Program-made: the position numbers and the translations under genes
Shown here: one piece after another, positions 37,628-49,492 of the stretch
How the letters are laid out: every line of letters begins with the position of its first letter
Numbering within the stretch: the first letter of the stretch is position 1
The notes under the pieces: generated by a model
What the model saw: the letters and a program-made list of their open reading frames with translations, nothing else
Database searches by the model: none
Told to the model about the DNA's origin: nothing
Origin: Halorussus marinus
GTDB taxonomy: Archaea; Halobacteriota; Halobacteria; Halobacteriales; Haladaptataceae
Assembly (NCBI RefSeq): GCF_004765795.1
Contig: NZ_SBIV01000004.1
Location: forward strand, 124,001-188,000
Length of the DNA: 64,000 nucleotides
Reading direction: 5' to 3'

Positions 37628-39271
37628 ATGGCGACCGAGCGTTCGACCCGCGACGGATCGTGGTACGGCGACGGTGAGGGAGTGAACCAGCTTCGCGGAC
37701 AGCTGTTCAAGTGGGGCTGTCTGGGCGCGATGCTGTTCGGCATCGTGATGGTGTTCGTGTTGCTCGCGTACGTCGCGATCGACGCGATCCGGCCGCTCAC
37801 CGCCGATCCCGGGTGGCATCTCACCTTCTTCCTCACGCTGGTCGCGCCGACGAGCGCGCTTCTTGGCTACTACGGCTTGCGGGACCGACGATCGGGCCTC
37901 GTGGGCGCGATCGCGACCGCGTTGCCGGCGTTCTGTCTGCTGGTCGGGGCCGGCATCTCGCTCCTGCTCGTCGACGTGTTCCGGCCCATCGAGTGGTTCG
38001 GAACCGCGGTCGCGCTGGTGGTCGCGGTCGGCGTCGTCTACGTCCACCGGCGGCTCCGGACCGAGCCGGCGGCGTTCGAACGTCCGATCGTCACCGTCGG
38101 GGCGCTGGTTCTCGCGGTCGTCGGCGTTCCCGGTGTGGTGCCCAGCCTGAGCCAACTGTTCCGTAACGCCCCGATCGCGCTCAACCCCGCGACGATGTTG
38201 CTCTACTCGTTTGCGGTCCCGGTCGCGATTCTGACCGGCCTCGCGATCGCCCGGCGCCGCGAGAGTCGGCGCGACGGTCTGATCGCGGCGGCGCTCACGG
38301 TGGTCGGCGGCGTCCTCGCCGTGATCGCGGCGCCGGCGGTCGGGATCGACGACTACCTGCTGATCGTGCTCAGTCTGTCTATCGCGGCGCCGACCGCCGT
38401 CTACGTCGAGGGCGTGGTCAGAGAGCGCGACCACCTCGTCGGCCTCGCGCTACCGATCGTCGCGTACGTCGGGACGTTTCTCGGCGCGGCGCTCGTCGAA
38501 GCCTACGGGTTCGCCGGGCCGGAGGCGTGGCTCGACTGGCAGTTCCTCACCAGCGCTCACTCGCGGTTTCCACAGGAAGCTGGCATCTACCCCGCGCTCG
38601 TCGGCTCGATCATGATGATGCTGGTCATCGTCGTCTCGGCGTTCCCGGTCGGGGTCGCGGCCGCGGTGTACCTCGAAGAGTACGCGCCCGACTCCGGTAC
38701 GGTCGGTCGCGTAGTGGGGCTCATCGAGATGAACATCGCCAACCTCGCCGGGGTCCCGTCGGTCGTCTACGGCCTGCTCGGACTCGCGCTGTTCATCCGG
38801 TACGCCGACATGAACACGGGATCGGTCATCGTCGGGGGACTCACGGTCGGCCTACTCATTCTGCCGATCGTCATCATCTCCTCCCAAGAGGCGATCCGGG
38901 CGGTGCCGAACTCGATGCGACAGGCGTCCTACGGGATGGGTGCGACCAAGTGGCAGACGGTCCGGAACGTGGTGCTCCCCGAGTCGATCCCGGGCATCCT
39001 GACCGGCACCATCCTCGCGTTCGGTCGAGCCATCGGCGAGACCGCGCCGCTGTTGATGATCGGCGCCGCGGCGGTCGTGTTCAGCCCGCCGGGCTCGTTC
39101 GCCGAGAAGTTCAGCGCGATGCCGCGCCAGATCTTCGCGTGGTCTCACGAGCCGAGCGCGGAGTTCCGGTACGGCGTCCTCGCGGCCGGCGTCGTTACGT
39201 TGCTGGTCGTACTGCTGTCGATGAACGCCGCGGCGATACTCATCCGGAACCGCTATCAACGGAGGTCATAA
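37628..39271 (+). CDS. pstA: Phosphate ABC transporter permease with extra N-terminal TM helices
   Basis: NLAGVPSVVYGL, QEAIRAVP, RAIGETAPL. Confidence 0.95.
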   Translation: MATERSTRDGSWYGDGEGVNQLRGQLFKWGCLGAMLFGIVMVFVLLAYVAIDAIRPLTADPGWHLTFFLTLVAPTSALLGYYGLRDRRSGLVGAIATALPAFCLLVGAGISLLLVDVFRPIEWFGTAVALVVAVGVVYVHRRLRTEPAAFERPIVTVGALVLAVVGVPGVVPSLSQLFRNAPIALNPATMLLYSFAVPVAILTGLAIARRRESRRDGLIAAALTVVGGVLAVIAAPAVGIDDYLLIVLSLSIAAPTAVYVEGVVRERDHLVGLALPIVAYVGTFLGAALVEAYGFAGPEAWLDWQFLTSAHSRFPQEAGIYPALVGSIMMMLVIVVSAFPVGVAAAVYLEEYAPDSGTVGRVVGLIEMNIANLAGVPSVVYGLLGLALFIRYADMNTGSVIVGGLTVGLLILPIVIISSQEAIRAVPNSMRQASYGMGATKWQTVRNVVLPESIPGILTGTILAFGRAIGETAPLLMIGAAAVVFSPPGSFAEKFSAMPRQIFAWSHEPSAEFRYGVLAAGVVTLLVVLLSMNAAAILIRNRYQRRS

Positions 39272-39274
39272 AAT

Positions 39275-40153
39275 ATGAGCAACGAGAACATGACGGCTCC
39301 AAACCCCGAGACAGAGGCTGAGAACGACGACGATGCGGTCTCGCCGACGCCGGGGTCCGGAGCGGTCGACGCCGGCGACCTCGAGACGGCGACCGCGTCG
39401 AGTCGGACGGTCATCGAGTCGCGCGACCTCGACGTCTACTACGGCGAGACGCAGGCGCTCGACGACGTGAGCATCCGGATCCCCGAAAAGCAGGTAACCG
39501 CGATGATCGGCCCCTCGGGCTGTGGGAAGTCGACGTTCCTCAGGTGTATCAACCGGATGAACGACCTCATCGACGCCGCCCGGATCGAGGGCGACTTGCT
39601 GTTTCAGGACAAGAACGTCTACGACGACGACGTCGACCCGGTCGCGCTCCGGCGACGCATCGGGATGGTGTTCCAACAGCCCAACCCGTTCCCAAAGAGC
39701 ATCTACGACAACGTCGCCTACGGGCTCCGACTCCAGAACAAGACCGAGAACCTCGACGAGAAGGTCGAGCAAGCCCTGAAGGGCGCCGCGCTCTGGGACG
39801 AAGTGAAAGACCAGCTCGACGAGTCGGGGCTGGATCTGTCGGGCGGTCAGCAACAGCGCCTCTGCATCGCGCGAGCCATCGCGGTCGACCCGGAAGTCAT
39901 CCTGATGGACGAGCCCGCGAGCGCGCTCGACCCGGTCGCGACCTCCCAGATCGAGGATCTGATCGACGAACTCGCCGAGGACTACACGGTCGTGATCGTC
40001 ACCCACAACATGCAACAGGCCGCCCGTATCTCGGACAAGACCGCCGTGTTCCTCACCGGCGGCGAACTCGTGGAGTTCGACGACACCCAGAAGATCTTCG
40101 AGAACCCCGAACACCAGCGGGTCGAAGACTACATCACCGGGAAGTTCGGATAG
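39275..40153 (+). CDS. pstB: Phosphate ABC transporter ATPase
   Basis: [41 protein letters not shown]. Confidence 0.97.
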   Translation: MSNENMTAPNPETEAENDDDAVSPTPGSGAVDAGDLETATASSRTVIESRDLDVYYGETQALDDVSIRIPEKQVTAMIGPSGCGKSTFLRCINRMNDLIDAARIEGDLLFQDKNVYDDDVDPVALRRRIGMVFQQPNPFPKSIYDNVAYGLRLQNKTENLDEKVEQALKGAALWDEVKDQLDESGLDLSGGQQQRLCIARAIAVDPEVILMDEPASALDPVATSQIEDLIDELAEDYTVVIVTHNMQQAARISDKTAVFLTGGELVEFDDTQKIFENPEHQRVEDYITGKFG

Positions 40154-40289
40154 ACCCGTTTGCCGCCGGCACGCTCGGGGGTTCTCGGTTCGCTCGCCCA
40201 ACGGGTTGGCGGCGTGACTGGCCGATCGCCATTGGTAGTCGACGTAGCGCAGGGAAAACTACAACACGAAGACACGCGACACTCGAACC

Positions 40290-40967
40290 ATGCCACGAAA
40301 GGATTATCAACAGCAACTCACGGAGCTCCGCGAGAACGTCCTCTACATGAGCGAGGTCGTCATGGAGCGACTCCGGATGGGACTCGACGCCTTAGAACAG
40401 AAAGACGACGAGCTCGCGTGGGAGGTCATCGAGGGCGACGACGAGGTCAACGAGCTCTACCTCGAACTCGAACAGGAGTGTATCAACCTGCTCGCGCTCC
40501 AGCAGCCGGTCGCCAGCGACCTCCGGACGATCGCGGCTTCGTTCAAGATCATTACCGACCTCGAACGCATCGGCGACCTCGCCACCAACCTCGGCGACTA
40601 CTCGTTACAGGCCGATCAGGACGTGTTCCCCGAGGTCGACATTCAGGAGCTCGGATCGCTCACCCTCGACATGATCGAGGACGCGATGATGGCCTACGAC
40701 GAGGAGGACACAGACGGCTGTTACGAGATCGCCGAGCGCGACGACGACCTCGACGCGCGTTGCGAACGGGCGAGCGAACTCGTCGTGCGCGACCTCATCG
40801 AGACCGAACTCGAGGAGAACACCGAAGAAGAAGTCGAGACGCTCCTCCAAGACGTCTCGCGGCTCCTGTTGACGGTCAGGGACCTCGAACGCATCGGCGA
40901 CCACGCGGTCAACATCGCGGCCCGCACCCTCTACATGGTCGAGAACGACGACGAGCTCATCTACTAG
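40290..40967 (+). CDS. phoU: Phosphate signalling protein PhoU
   Basis: QQPVASDLR, DLERIGD twice. Confidence 0.96.
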   Translation: MPRKDYQQQLTELRENVLYMSEVVMERLRMGLDALEQKDDELAWEVIEGDDEVNELYLELEQECINLLALQQPVASDLRTIAASFKIITDLERIGDLATNLGDYSLQADQDVFPEVDIQELGSLTLDMIEDAMMAYDEEDTDGCYEIAERDDDLDARCERASELVVRDLIETELEENTEEEVETLLQDVSRLLLTVRDLERIGDHAVNIAARTLYMVENDDELIY

Positions 40968-41160
40968 AGCCTTTTCGTGCGGGTGCGCCGGAAGGCAAAC
41001 CGCGTCTTCCGAGTCTTGGCTCGCTTCGATCGCCAAGACGCCCCGAGAGACACACCTTGCAAAGCGTTCATGAAAACGCGTCGTCACCCCCTCAGGCGGC
41101 CTACGGTCGCCTTCGAGGATTCCTCGGTCCGCTCGCTCGGACTCCGGCCTCGCTCGCGGT
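40968..41160 (+). repeat. Stop-codon-anchored palindromic element, copy 3
   Basis: CCTTGCAAAGCGTTCATGAAAACGCGTCGTCACCCCCTCAG-hairpin-CTTCGAGG…TCGCTCGCGG, homologous to the reverse complement of 6349-6445. Confidence 0.75.
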
Positions 41161-41249
41161 ACCACTGCTCGAACTCCCAGAGAGACACGACTGCGTGAAC
41201 GCCGCGAGAGACAAATTTCGACGACACCGGGAACTCCGGCGACGCTACT

Positions 41250-41999
41250 TCACGCGTCGGACACCGCCCACTCGCCCGTGCTCGACCCGAGCATGACCTT
41301 GGTGTACCACCCCGAGAGGCGCGCGAGCCCGTTGAGCAGGTGGAGCGACGCCACGCCGAGCAGGACGCCGCCGCCGGCGACCGCGAGCGCCTCCGAGAGG
41401 GTCGTGACCTGCCACGACCCCACGCTGACGACCGTCTCGACGCCGACGAGGATCTGTCGCCACGCCACGTACAGCGACGGGTGGAACTCGATCGGCGCGT
41501 CGGTCACGACGCCGACGTACACGCCCGGTTGCTGGTAGACGAACGGGACCGCGAGCAGACTCGTCGCGGTGACCAGCAGGGTGGTGACAACGACGAACGA
41601 GACCACGCCGATGACGAACTTCGAGCCGAGGTAGACGAGCGCCTTCCACGTCCCGACGTCGATCACGAGTCGCTTTGCGCGCTCGATCAGCGACTCCGGC
41701 GTCGGCCCACTGGCGGTCTCGATGTGGACCCCGAGCAACAGCGTCGCCAGTTCGCGCTCGACGGCCGCCAGACCGGTCGAGACGGCGAGGACCGCGAGCA
41801 GTATCGGGATGCCGATCACCGTGATCGCCAGTCCGACTCCCAGCGACAGCCCGATCGAGAGGAACACGAAGTAGACGAGCCCGAGCGGGAACGCCAGGAC
41901 GAGATACAGCAGGTTCCGGTAGGTCTGAAGCCGGAGCGGGACGCCAAAGACCGACCGGAGGCTGTCGGTGACACTCGCCGAGCGGCGGTTCGATGCCAT
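41250..41999 (-). CDS. Stand-alone 'putative sensor' membrane domain protein (copy 1)
   Basis: QTYRNLLYLVLAFPLG…GIPILL…ERELA..LLG…TWKALVYLGSKF; no kinase domain. Confidence 0.85.
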   Translation of the reverse strand: MASNRRSASVTDSLRSVFGVPLRLQTYRNLLYLVLAFPLGLVYFVFLSIGLSLGVGLAITVIGIPILLAVLAVSTGLAAVERELATLLLGVHIETASGPTPESLIERAKRLVIDVGTWKALVYLGSKFVIGVVSFVVVTTLLVTATSLLAVPFVYQQPGVYVGVVTDAPIEFHPSLYVAWRQILVGVETVVSVGSWQVTTLSEALAVAGGGVLLGVASLHLLNGLARLSGWYTKVMLGSSTGEWAVSDA

Positions 42000-42172
42000 C
42001 CCAACTGGCCGAACAGTCACGCCCGATTACAATAAGTATTGCGCTGGGTCGCCGAGCCAGCGAGTCCCGGTGAGCTTTAACTGTCGGCCGTTCGAACGAC
42101 TCGACGGACGGAGATGGAATGGCCGCCCGAGGACACCGGTCTGGGCCCGCGCGGCGACGGGAGGTCGCCACC

Positions 42173-42514
42173 GTGAGCGACGCCGCCACCGCGGTGTTCG
42201 ACCTGCTCGACGATGAGTACGCCCGGGCCATCCTGATCGAGACTTACGACGAGGCGCTGTCGGCCGAGGCGCTGGCTGAGGCCTGCGACGCGTCGCCGTC
42301 GACCATCTACCGGCGGATCGAGCGACTCGAAGACCAGCGGCTCCTCGACGCCGAACAGCGCCTCGATCCCGACGGCCACCACTACAAGGTGTACGGCACG
42401 AACCTCCAGCGGGTCACGGTCGAACTCACCGCCGAAGGGTTCGAACTCGACGTCGACCGGGCGGAGGACCCGGCCGACCGGTTCACCCGGCTCTACGAGG
42501 GGTTCAAAGGATGA
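42173..42514 (+). CDS. ArsR-family winged-helix regulator
   Basis: LLDDEYARAIL…SAEALAEACDASPSTIYRR…DGHHYKVY…DRFTRLY; GGAGG upstream. Confidence 0.9.
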   Translation: MSDAATAVFDLLDDEYARAILIETYDEALSAEALAEACDASPSTIYRRIERLEDQRLLDAEQRLDPDGHHYKVYGTNLQRVTVELTAEGFELDVDRAEDPADRFTRLYEGFKG

Positions 42515-42825
42515 TCGGGGTCGTACTCCAGACCGCGGTCGGCGGCTCGGAGACGGTCGTCGTGCTCGCGCTCGCGGGTCTCTTGCTCGCGACGGGCCTG
42601 TCGGCGCTCGTGGTCGCGAAGCTGATCCGGGGCTACCGCCGGAACGGCACCCGACTCATGCTGTATCTCGGGGCCGGCCTCGGCCTGCTGGTGACCGCGC
42701 CGATGGTCCTCCGGCTCGTGCTGTCGAACCTCGTGGTCGTCTCGCCCGCCACCCGGTCGCTCGCCACGGCCGGGCTCGAACTGCTCGGCCTCGCGGCCAT
42801 CCTGTACGCAATCTATGACCCCTGA
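42511..42825 (+). CDS. Small 3-TM membrane protein (DUF7521-like)
   Basis: RGYRRNG..MLYLG.G…LGLAAILYAIY; ATGA-coupled to the ArsR gene. Confidence 0.8.
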   Translation: MIGVVLQTAVGGSETVVVLALAGLLLATGLSALVVAKLIRGYRRNGTRLMLYLGAGLGLLVTAPMVLRLVLSNLVVVSPATRSLATAGLELLGLAAILYAIYDP

Positions 42826-43081
42826 TTACGTCACCCTCGCGTCGGCGCTGACCGCGGCCATCGGGCTGGTAGTCACGTATCAGGCCGCCCGGGGGTACCG
42901 GCGCCACGCCAGCGAGGCGATGGGCCTGCTCGCGGTCGGCGTGGCGTGTTTCACGGCGATTCCGTTCGTTCTCACCGAACTGTTCGCGCCCGCGCTGGCG
43001 TGGTCCGACGGCCTGACGCTTTTGTCGGTCGTCACGGCCTACAACGTGGGGCTGATCGCGATCCTCTACTCGCTTCGATAA
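42815..43081 (+). CDS. Small 3-TM membrane protein (DUF7521-like, paralogue)
   Basis: YQAARGYRRH…MGLLAVG…GLIAILYSL. Confidence 0.8.
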   Translation: MTPDYVTLASALTAAIGLVVTYQAARGYRRHASEAMGLLAVGVACFTAIPFVLTELFAPALAWSDGLTLLSVVTAYNVGLIAILYSLR

Positions 43082-43173
43082 CCACACTAAACTCTTTCGC
43101 CGAGTCGCTCGGCGGGCGACCGCCGACCCCGGTTTATGGATTCGGCTCGCATAGTCACAATCGAGGTGACACG

Positions 43174-43836
43174 ATGACGACTTCGCTCAGGGACGCCGCG
43201 GTCGCGTTCGTCGGCGTCCCCGCACGGCCCCAGACGTATCGGAACCTGCTGTACCTCGTCCTGGCGTTCCCGCTCGGGCTCGGGTACTTCCTCGTGCTCG
43301 CGACGGGGTTCTCGCTGGGGACGGGGCTCGCGATCACGGTGGTCGGCGTCCCGATCCTGCTGGCGACGCTGGCCGCCGCCCGACTGCTCGCGAACGTCGA
43401 GGCCGAGCTCGCGAACCGACTGCTCGGGGTCGAGGCCGCCAGCGCGGCGCTCGACACCTCCGACGGCGCCCTCGCGGTCGCCAACCGGCTCGCGACCGAG
43501 CCCCGGACGTGGCTCGGCGTGGTGTATCTCGCCGGGAAGTTCGCGTTCGGCGTCGCCGCGTTCGTCGCCCTCACCGCCGCGCTGTCTGTTTCGGCGTCGC
43601 TGCTCGCCGCCCCGCTGACCTACTCGTCGTCCTACCACGTCGGCGCCCGGTTCGGGACCCTCTCGGTCGGGCCGTTCGAGTCGGGCGCGCTCGCCGTCGA
43701 CGCTCTCCCCGAGGCGGTGGGCGTCGCACTCGTCGGCGCGTTCGTCGCGCTCGTCTCGCTCCACCTCCTCAACGGGCTCGCGCGCGCCTCGGGGCTCGCC
43801 GCCGAGGCGCTGTTGGGCCCTTCGACGACGAAGTGA
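43174..43836 (+). CDS. Stand-alone 'putative sensor' membrane domain protein (copy 2)
   Basis: QTYRNLLYLVLAFPLG identical to copy 1; GAGGTGA SD upstream. Confidence 0.85.
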   Translation: MTTSLRDAAVAFVGVPARPQTYRNLLYLVLAFPLGLGYFLVLATGFSLGTGLAITVVGVPILLATLAAARLLANVEAELANRLLGVEAASAALDTSDGALAVANRLATEPRTWLGVVYLAGKFAFGVAAFVALTAALSVSASLLAAPLTYSSSYHVGARFGTLSVGPFESGALAVDALPEAVGVALVGAFVALVSLHLLNGLARASGLAAEALLGPSTTK

Positions 43837-43844
43837 GCGTCCCG

Positions 43845-43919
43845 ATCCCGCTGGTGCGTTCGACCCCCCATCCCGCTGACGCGGTCGACTCTCCATCCCG
43901 CTGACGCGGTCGACTCTCC
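43845..43919. repeat. Three tandem 25-bp units
   Basis: ATCCCGCTGGTGCGTTCGACCCCCC followed by two exact copies of ATCCCGCTGACGCGGTCGACTCTCC; no spacers. Confidence 0.85.
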
Positions 43920-44033
43920 TTTCTGCCGGCCAACTCGGTCCGGTGTGCCGCCGGCTGACGCGACATCACACACGTCGGCGGTGACGGTACTCGATCCGAA
44001 AAACAGCGCTCGAAAGCGTCGGTCGCGATCGGC

Positions 44034-44909
44034 TCAGTCCAGCGCGGTCACCGACACGTCGCCGTTGTCCGAGCGCAGTCGTAACTCGGCGTCGGCGTCT
44101 TCGGGGCCCGCCTCGGCGTACTCGTCGGTCCGCGTCGCGACGTCGAACGGTCCGTCGATCGATACGTCGCCGCGGTCGGTCCGGAGCACCAGTCGGGCGT
44201 CGACGTCGGGCGAGACCGCCGCCTCGACGTCGCCGTTATCGGTTTCGACGCTCGTGTCGCCCCGGACCGAAGGGATCTCGACGTCGACGTCGCCGTTTTC
44301 CGAGGAAGCGCCGTCGAGGCCGCCGACGTTCCGAGCGACGGCGTCGCCGTTCTCGGTCTGGGCGGTGACGTATCCCGAGATACCCCGTGCCTCGGCATCG
44401 CCGTTGTCAGTCTGGACGGTGACCTCGCCGTCGACGTTTCGCGCGACGGCGTCGCCGTTCCGGGACTCGACGGTTGCGTCGCCGGTCACGCCACGGACGT
44501 CGGCGTCGCCGTTGCGCGTCCGGACGGCGTCGACGGTCACGCCGTCGGGGATGTCGGCGGTCACGTCGACGGCGGGCGTGCCCTGGAACCACGAACCGTC
44601 GTCGTCGGTTCGGGCTTCGACGCGGACGGTGTCGCCGTCCCTGCCGACGTCGACGCTCGCGTCCGAGAGGTCGGCGAACACCGAGCCGGACTTCTTGACG
44701 GTTTCGAGCCGCGGCGACCCCGATCGGACGGTCACGTCGCCGTTGTCGGCGTCGATCGCGAGCGAGTTGCCGTCGCCCACGTCGAACTCGTGGGTCTCTT
44801 CGAGGCGCTTGCCGACGAACGGCGTCGCGCCGGTACAGCCCGACAGGCCGACCAGCGCGGCGCTCGCGCCGGCCGCCAGAAATCGGCGTCGATCGGTTGT
44901 TCTGGTCAT
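44034..44909 (-). CDS. DUF4097 (adhesin-like beta-solenoid) Tat lipoprotein
   Basis: DRRRFL + LSGC; repeated T/S-x-NGD-A/V motifs. Confidence 0.88.
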   Translation of the reverse strand: MTRTTDRRRFLAAGASAALVGLSGCTGATPFVGKRLEETHEFDVGDGNSLAIDADNGDVTVRSGSPRLETVKKSGSVFADLSDASVDVGRDGDTVRVEARTDDDGSWFQGTPAVDVTADIPDGVTVDAVRTRNGDADVRGVTGDATVESRNGDAVARNVDGEVTVQTDNGDAEARGISGYVTAQTENGDAVARNVGGLDGASSENGDVDVEIPSVRGDTSVETDNGDVEAAVSPDVDARLVLRTDRGDVSIDGPFDVATRTDEYAEAGPEDADAELRLRSDNGDVSVTALD

Positions 44910-44986
44910 GTACGTCGACCTACACGGGGAGACACCTTAAAATCGGAAACGCGGTCGCCGGCCGAGCGAACGACCCGAAGAGTTAT

Positions 44987-47212
44987 TTACTGGAAGCCGA
45001 TGCGTCCGCCCCGACGACCCTCGCTGGGGCCGGACGAGCCGCCCTTGAACTCTTCTTCCATCTGGTCGTAGTAGTCGAGCAGGTCCTCGGTGATGGTCGG
45101 CCGGACGTTGTCCATCGCCTGCCGGAAGTGACTCATCCCGACCTCGGTGGCGTCGTCGTCCTCGCGGAGCGCCTCGATCGCCGCCTCCCGGGCGATCGAT
45201 TCGAGGTCGCTCCCCACGTAGCCGTCGGTGATCTCGGCGAGCTCGCGCAGGCTCACGTCGGGCGACAGCGGTGTGTCGTCCGTGTGGATCTTCAGGATCT
45301 GCTCGCGGCCCTCCTCGTCGGGCTGGCCGATCATCACGAGCCGATCGAACCGCCCCGACCGGATCAGCGCGGGGTCGATCATGTCCGGGCGGTTGGTCGC
45401 GCCGATGACCATCACGTCGCCTTTCTCTTCGAGGCCGTCGAGCTCGGTCAACAGCTGATTGACCACGCGCTCGGAGACGTTCGAGCCCATCTCCTGGCTC
45501 CGGGAGGGCGCGAGGCTGTCGAGCTCGTCGAAGAAGATGACGGTCGGGGAGACCTGCCGGGCCTTCCGGAACGTCTGGCGGATCGCCTTCTCGGACTCGC
45601 CGACCCACTTCGAGAGGAGCTGGGGCCCCCGGACCGAGATGAAGTTGGCGTTGGTCTCGTTGGCGACCGCCTTCGCCATCAGGGTCTTGCCAGTCCCGGG
45701 CGGCCCGTAGAGCAACACGCCGCTGGGCGGGGAGATGCCCATCCGCCTGAACTTCTGGGGCGAGGAGAGGGGCCACTCGACGCTCTCTTTGACCTGCTGT
45801 TTGGCGTCTTCGAGCCCGCCGACGTCGTCCCACGACACTTTCGGAAGCTCGACGAGCACCTCCCGCATCGCCGAGGGCTCGACCTCGTTGAGCGCGCCGT
45901 TGAAGTCCTGGCGCTTGACGATCATCCGGTCGATGAGACTCGGCGGGATGTCCTCCTCGTCGAGGTCGATCTCGGGGAGGTAGCGCCGAAGCGCCTTCAT
46001 CGCCGCCTCCTTGGTCAGACTCTCGATGTCCGCGCCCACGAACCCGTGGGTGTCGTTGGCGAGCGAGTCGAGCGCCACGTCGTCGGAGAGGGGCATCCCC
46101 CGGGTGTGGATCTGGAGGATCTCCTCGCGGCCCGTCTCGTCGGGCACGCCGATCTCGATCTCGCGGTCGAACCGGCCCGGGCGCCGCAGTGCGGGGTCGA
46201 CCGAGTCGACGCGGTTGGTCGCCGCGATGACGATGACCTGCCCGCGGGATTCGAGCCCGTCCATCATCGTCAGCAGTTGGGCGACCACGCGGCGTTCGAC
46301 CTCGCCGGTCACGTCCTCGCGCTTGGGCGCGATGGAGTCGAGCTCGTCGATGAAGATGATCGACGGCGACTCCTCGGTGGCGTCCTCGAAGATCTCTCTG
46401 AGTTGCTGTTCGGACTCGCCGTAGTATTTCGAGATGATCTCGGGGCCCGCGATCGAGAAGAAGCTCGCGGACGTCTCGTTGGCGACCGCCTTCGCCAGCA
46501 GGGTCTTGCCCGTACCCGGCGGGCCGTGGAGCAGGACCCCTTGGGGCGGCTCGATCCCGAGCTTCTTGAAGATCTGGGGGTGTTTCATCGGGAGCTCGAC
46601 CATCTCCCGGACGCGCTGAATCTCGTTTTCGAGCCCGCCGATGTCCTCGTAGGTGATGCCACCCCCGGTCTTCTCGAAGCCGCTGATCGGCTCCTCGCGG
46701 AGTTCGACCTCGGTGTCCTCGGTGATGAGACAGACTCCGTCTGGCTCGGTCTCGACCGCGATGAGCGGGATCGCCTGTCCGGGCGACCGCATGAACGGGT
46801 GGTTGGTCGATGACATCACGGGGACGATGTCGCGTTCGACCACCGGGCGCTTGAGGATCTGGCGCTTGACCATCCCGGCCGCATCGGAGCCGAACTGGAC
46901 GCTGGCCTCCTCGGGCGGGGCCAACACGAGCTTGTCGGCCTTCTCGGCGTCGGCCTTCCGGATCTCGACGCGCTCGCCGATTCCCACGTCGGCGTTCTGG
47001 CGGGTGAACCCGTCGATCCGGACCGTGTCGGTGTTCCAGTCCTGCCGGTCGGCGCGCCACACCTTCGCCGCGGTGGTGTCGCCGCCTTCGATCTCGATGA
47101 TGTCGCCCGGGCTCAGCTTCAGGTGAAGCAGCGTGTCCGGGTCGAGGCGGGCGATGCCGCGGCCCGAGTCGTTCGGGTACGCCTTCGCCACTTCTAGTTG
47201 GACTTCATTCAT
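44987..47212 (-). CDS. cdc48: CDC48/VAT family AAA+ ATPase (major conserved paralogue)
   Basis: [24 protein letters not shown]; two AAA modules; C-terminal RIGFQ. Confidence 0.97.
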   Translation of the reverse strand: MNEVQLEVAKAYPNDSGRGIARLDPDTLLHLKLSPGDIIEIEGGDTTAAKVWRADRQDWNTDTVRIDGFTRQNADVGIGERVEIRKADAEKADKLVLAPPEEASVQFGSDAAGMVKRQILKRPVVERDIVPVMSSTNHPFMRSPGQAIPLIAVETEPDGVCLITEDTEVELREEPISGFEKTGGGITYEDIGGLENEIQRVREMVELPMKHPQIFKKLGIEPPQGVLLHGPPGTGKTLLAKAVANETSASFFSIAGPEIISKYYGESEQQLREIFEDATEESPSIIFIDELDSIAPKREDVTGEVERRVVAQLLTMMDGLESRGQVIVIAATNRVDSVDPALRRPGRFDREIEIGVPDETGREEILQIHTRGMPLSDDVALDSLANDTHGFVGADIESLTKEAAMKALRRYLPEIDLDEEDIPPSLIDRMIVKRQDFNGALNEVEPSAMREVLVELPKVSWDDVGGLEDAKQQVKESVEWPLSSPQKFRRMGISPPSGVLLYGPPGTGKTLMAKAVANETNANFISVRGPQLLSKWVGESEKAIRQTFRKARQVSPTVIFFDELDSLAPSRSQEMGSNVSERVVNQLLTELDGLEEKGDVMVIGATNRPDMIDPALIRSGRFDRLVMIGQPDEEGREQILKIHTDDTPLSPDVSLRELAEITDGYVGSDLESIAREAAIEALREDDDATEVGMSHFRQAMDNVRPTITEDLLDYYDQMEEEFKGGSSGPSEGRRGGRIGFQ

Positions 47213-47437
47213 GATTGGGAGACGCGAAGATTGTTTCTGGATCCGCGCCCGTGAGGGATAAGTCCTTTGCTGTCGGGAATATCGGCCGTCGCGCGGGGAC
47301 GACGGGCCGAAGCGGTCGAGTTCATACTATGCGGTAAGATACGATTTCGCGCTACAAAGCCGTTTGGTGTGGGGCCGTCTCTCGGGCGGCGCCCGACAAC
47401 CCCGGTCTTTTTCGCCGCGAGCGCCCCACGTCTCGGC

Positions 47438-48784
<1,347 letters not shown>

Positions 48785-48952
48785 GGGGACGACGCCGCCG
48801 TCGCGCGGTTCCGTCGCCGAAACGACGAGACCGACGGAGCGTGATTCTCTTGACAGTCGACCGAACCCTCGGCCCCCGTGTGAGTCTGCCGTAGACGCGG
48901 CGGGGTCGCCGACACCCGGAGGTTTATACGCTCATCAGACAGCGTAGTACGC

Positions 48953-49444
48953 ATGACCGGAAGCGGCACCGTCGAACGGATTTTCACCGCGCCCGAGGCC
49001 GAGGCGGAGATGGAAGAACGGACCGACGTCGAGGCGATCGCCGGGAGCGGACTCCGGGGCGACCGCTACTTTCGCGAGATCGAGACGGGGACTTTCGTCG
49101 AGTGGGACGCCGACGAGGACCGCCACGACGGGTACGACCTCACGCTGATCGAGCGAGAGGCCGTTACGGCGATCGAACGCGAGGCGGGTATCGAACTCGC
49201 GCCCGGGGAACACCGACGGAACGTCGAGACCCGAGAAGTCGCTCTCAATCATCTCGTCGGTCGCCGATTCCGAGTCGGTGACGCCGTCTGTCGAGGGGAT
49301 CGGTTGTGCGAACCGTGCGCTCACCTCCAGCGGATCACCCAAGACGGCGTGTTGCAGGCGCTCGCTCACCGGGGCGGGCTCCGAGCCGACGTTCTCGAAG
49401 ACGGGACGATCCGCCCCGGCGACGCCATCGAACCGCTTGACTGA
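48953..49444 (+). CDS. MOSC domain protein
   Basis: GLRGDRY, HRRNVET, FRVG, CEPC, RGGLRA.VL..GTIRPGD. Confidence 0.92.
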   Translation: MTGSGTVERIFTAPEAEAEMEERTDVEAIAGSGLRGDRYFREIETGTFVEWDADEDRHDGYDLTLIEREAVTAIEREAGIELAPGEHRRNVETREVALNHLVGRRFRVGDAVCRGDRLCEPCAHLQRITQDGVLQALAHRGGLRADVLEDGTIRPGDAIEPLD

Positions 49445-49492
49445 TCCGTCCCCGTCCGGCCGGGATCGGCGAGTGCGACACGGGGCGCGGGT

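Noticed and set aside
43845..43919. Possible mini-CRISPR array
   Set aside because: Units are contiguous with no spacers, no leader and no cas genes
44987..47212. DNA-level similarity to 6491-8755 as a recent duplication
   Set aside because: Identity is confined to conserved AAA motifs; N domains are divergent, consistent with old paralogues
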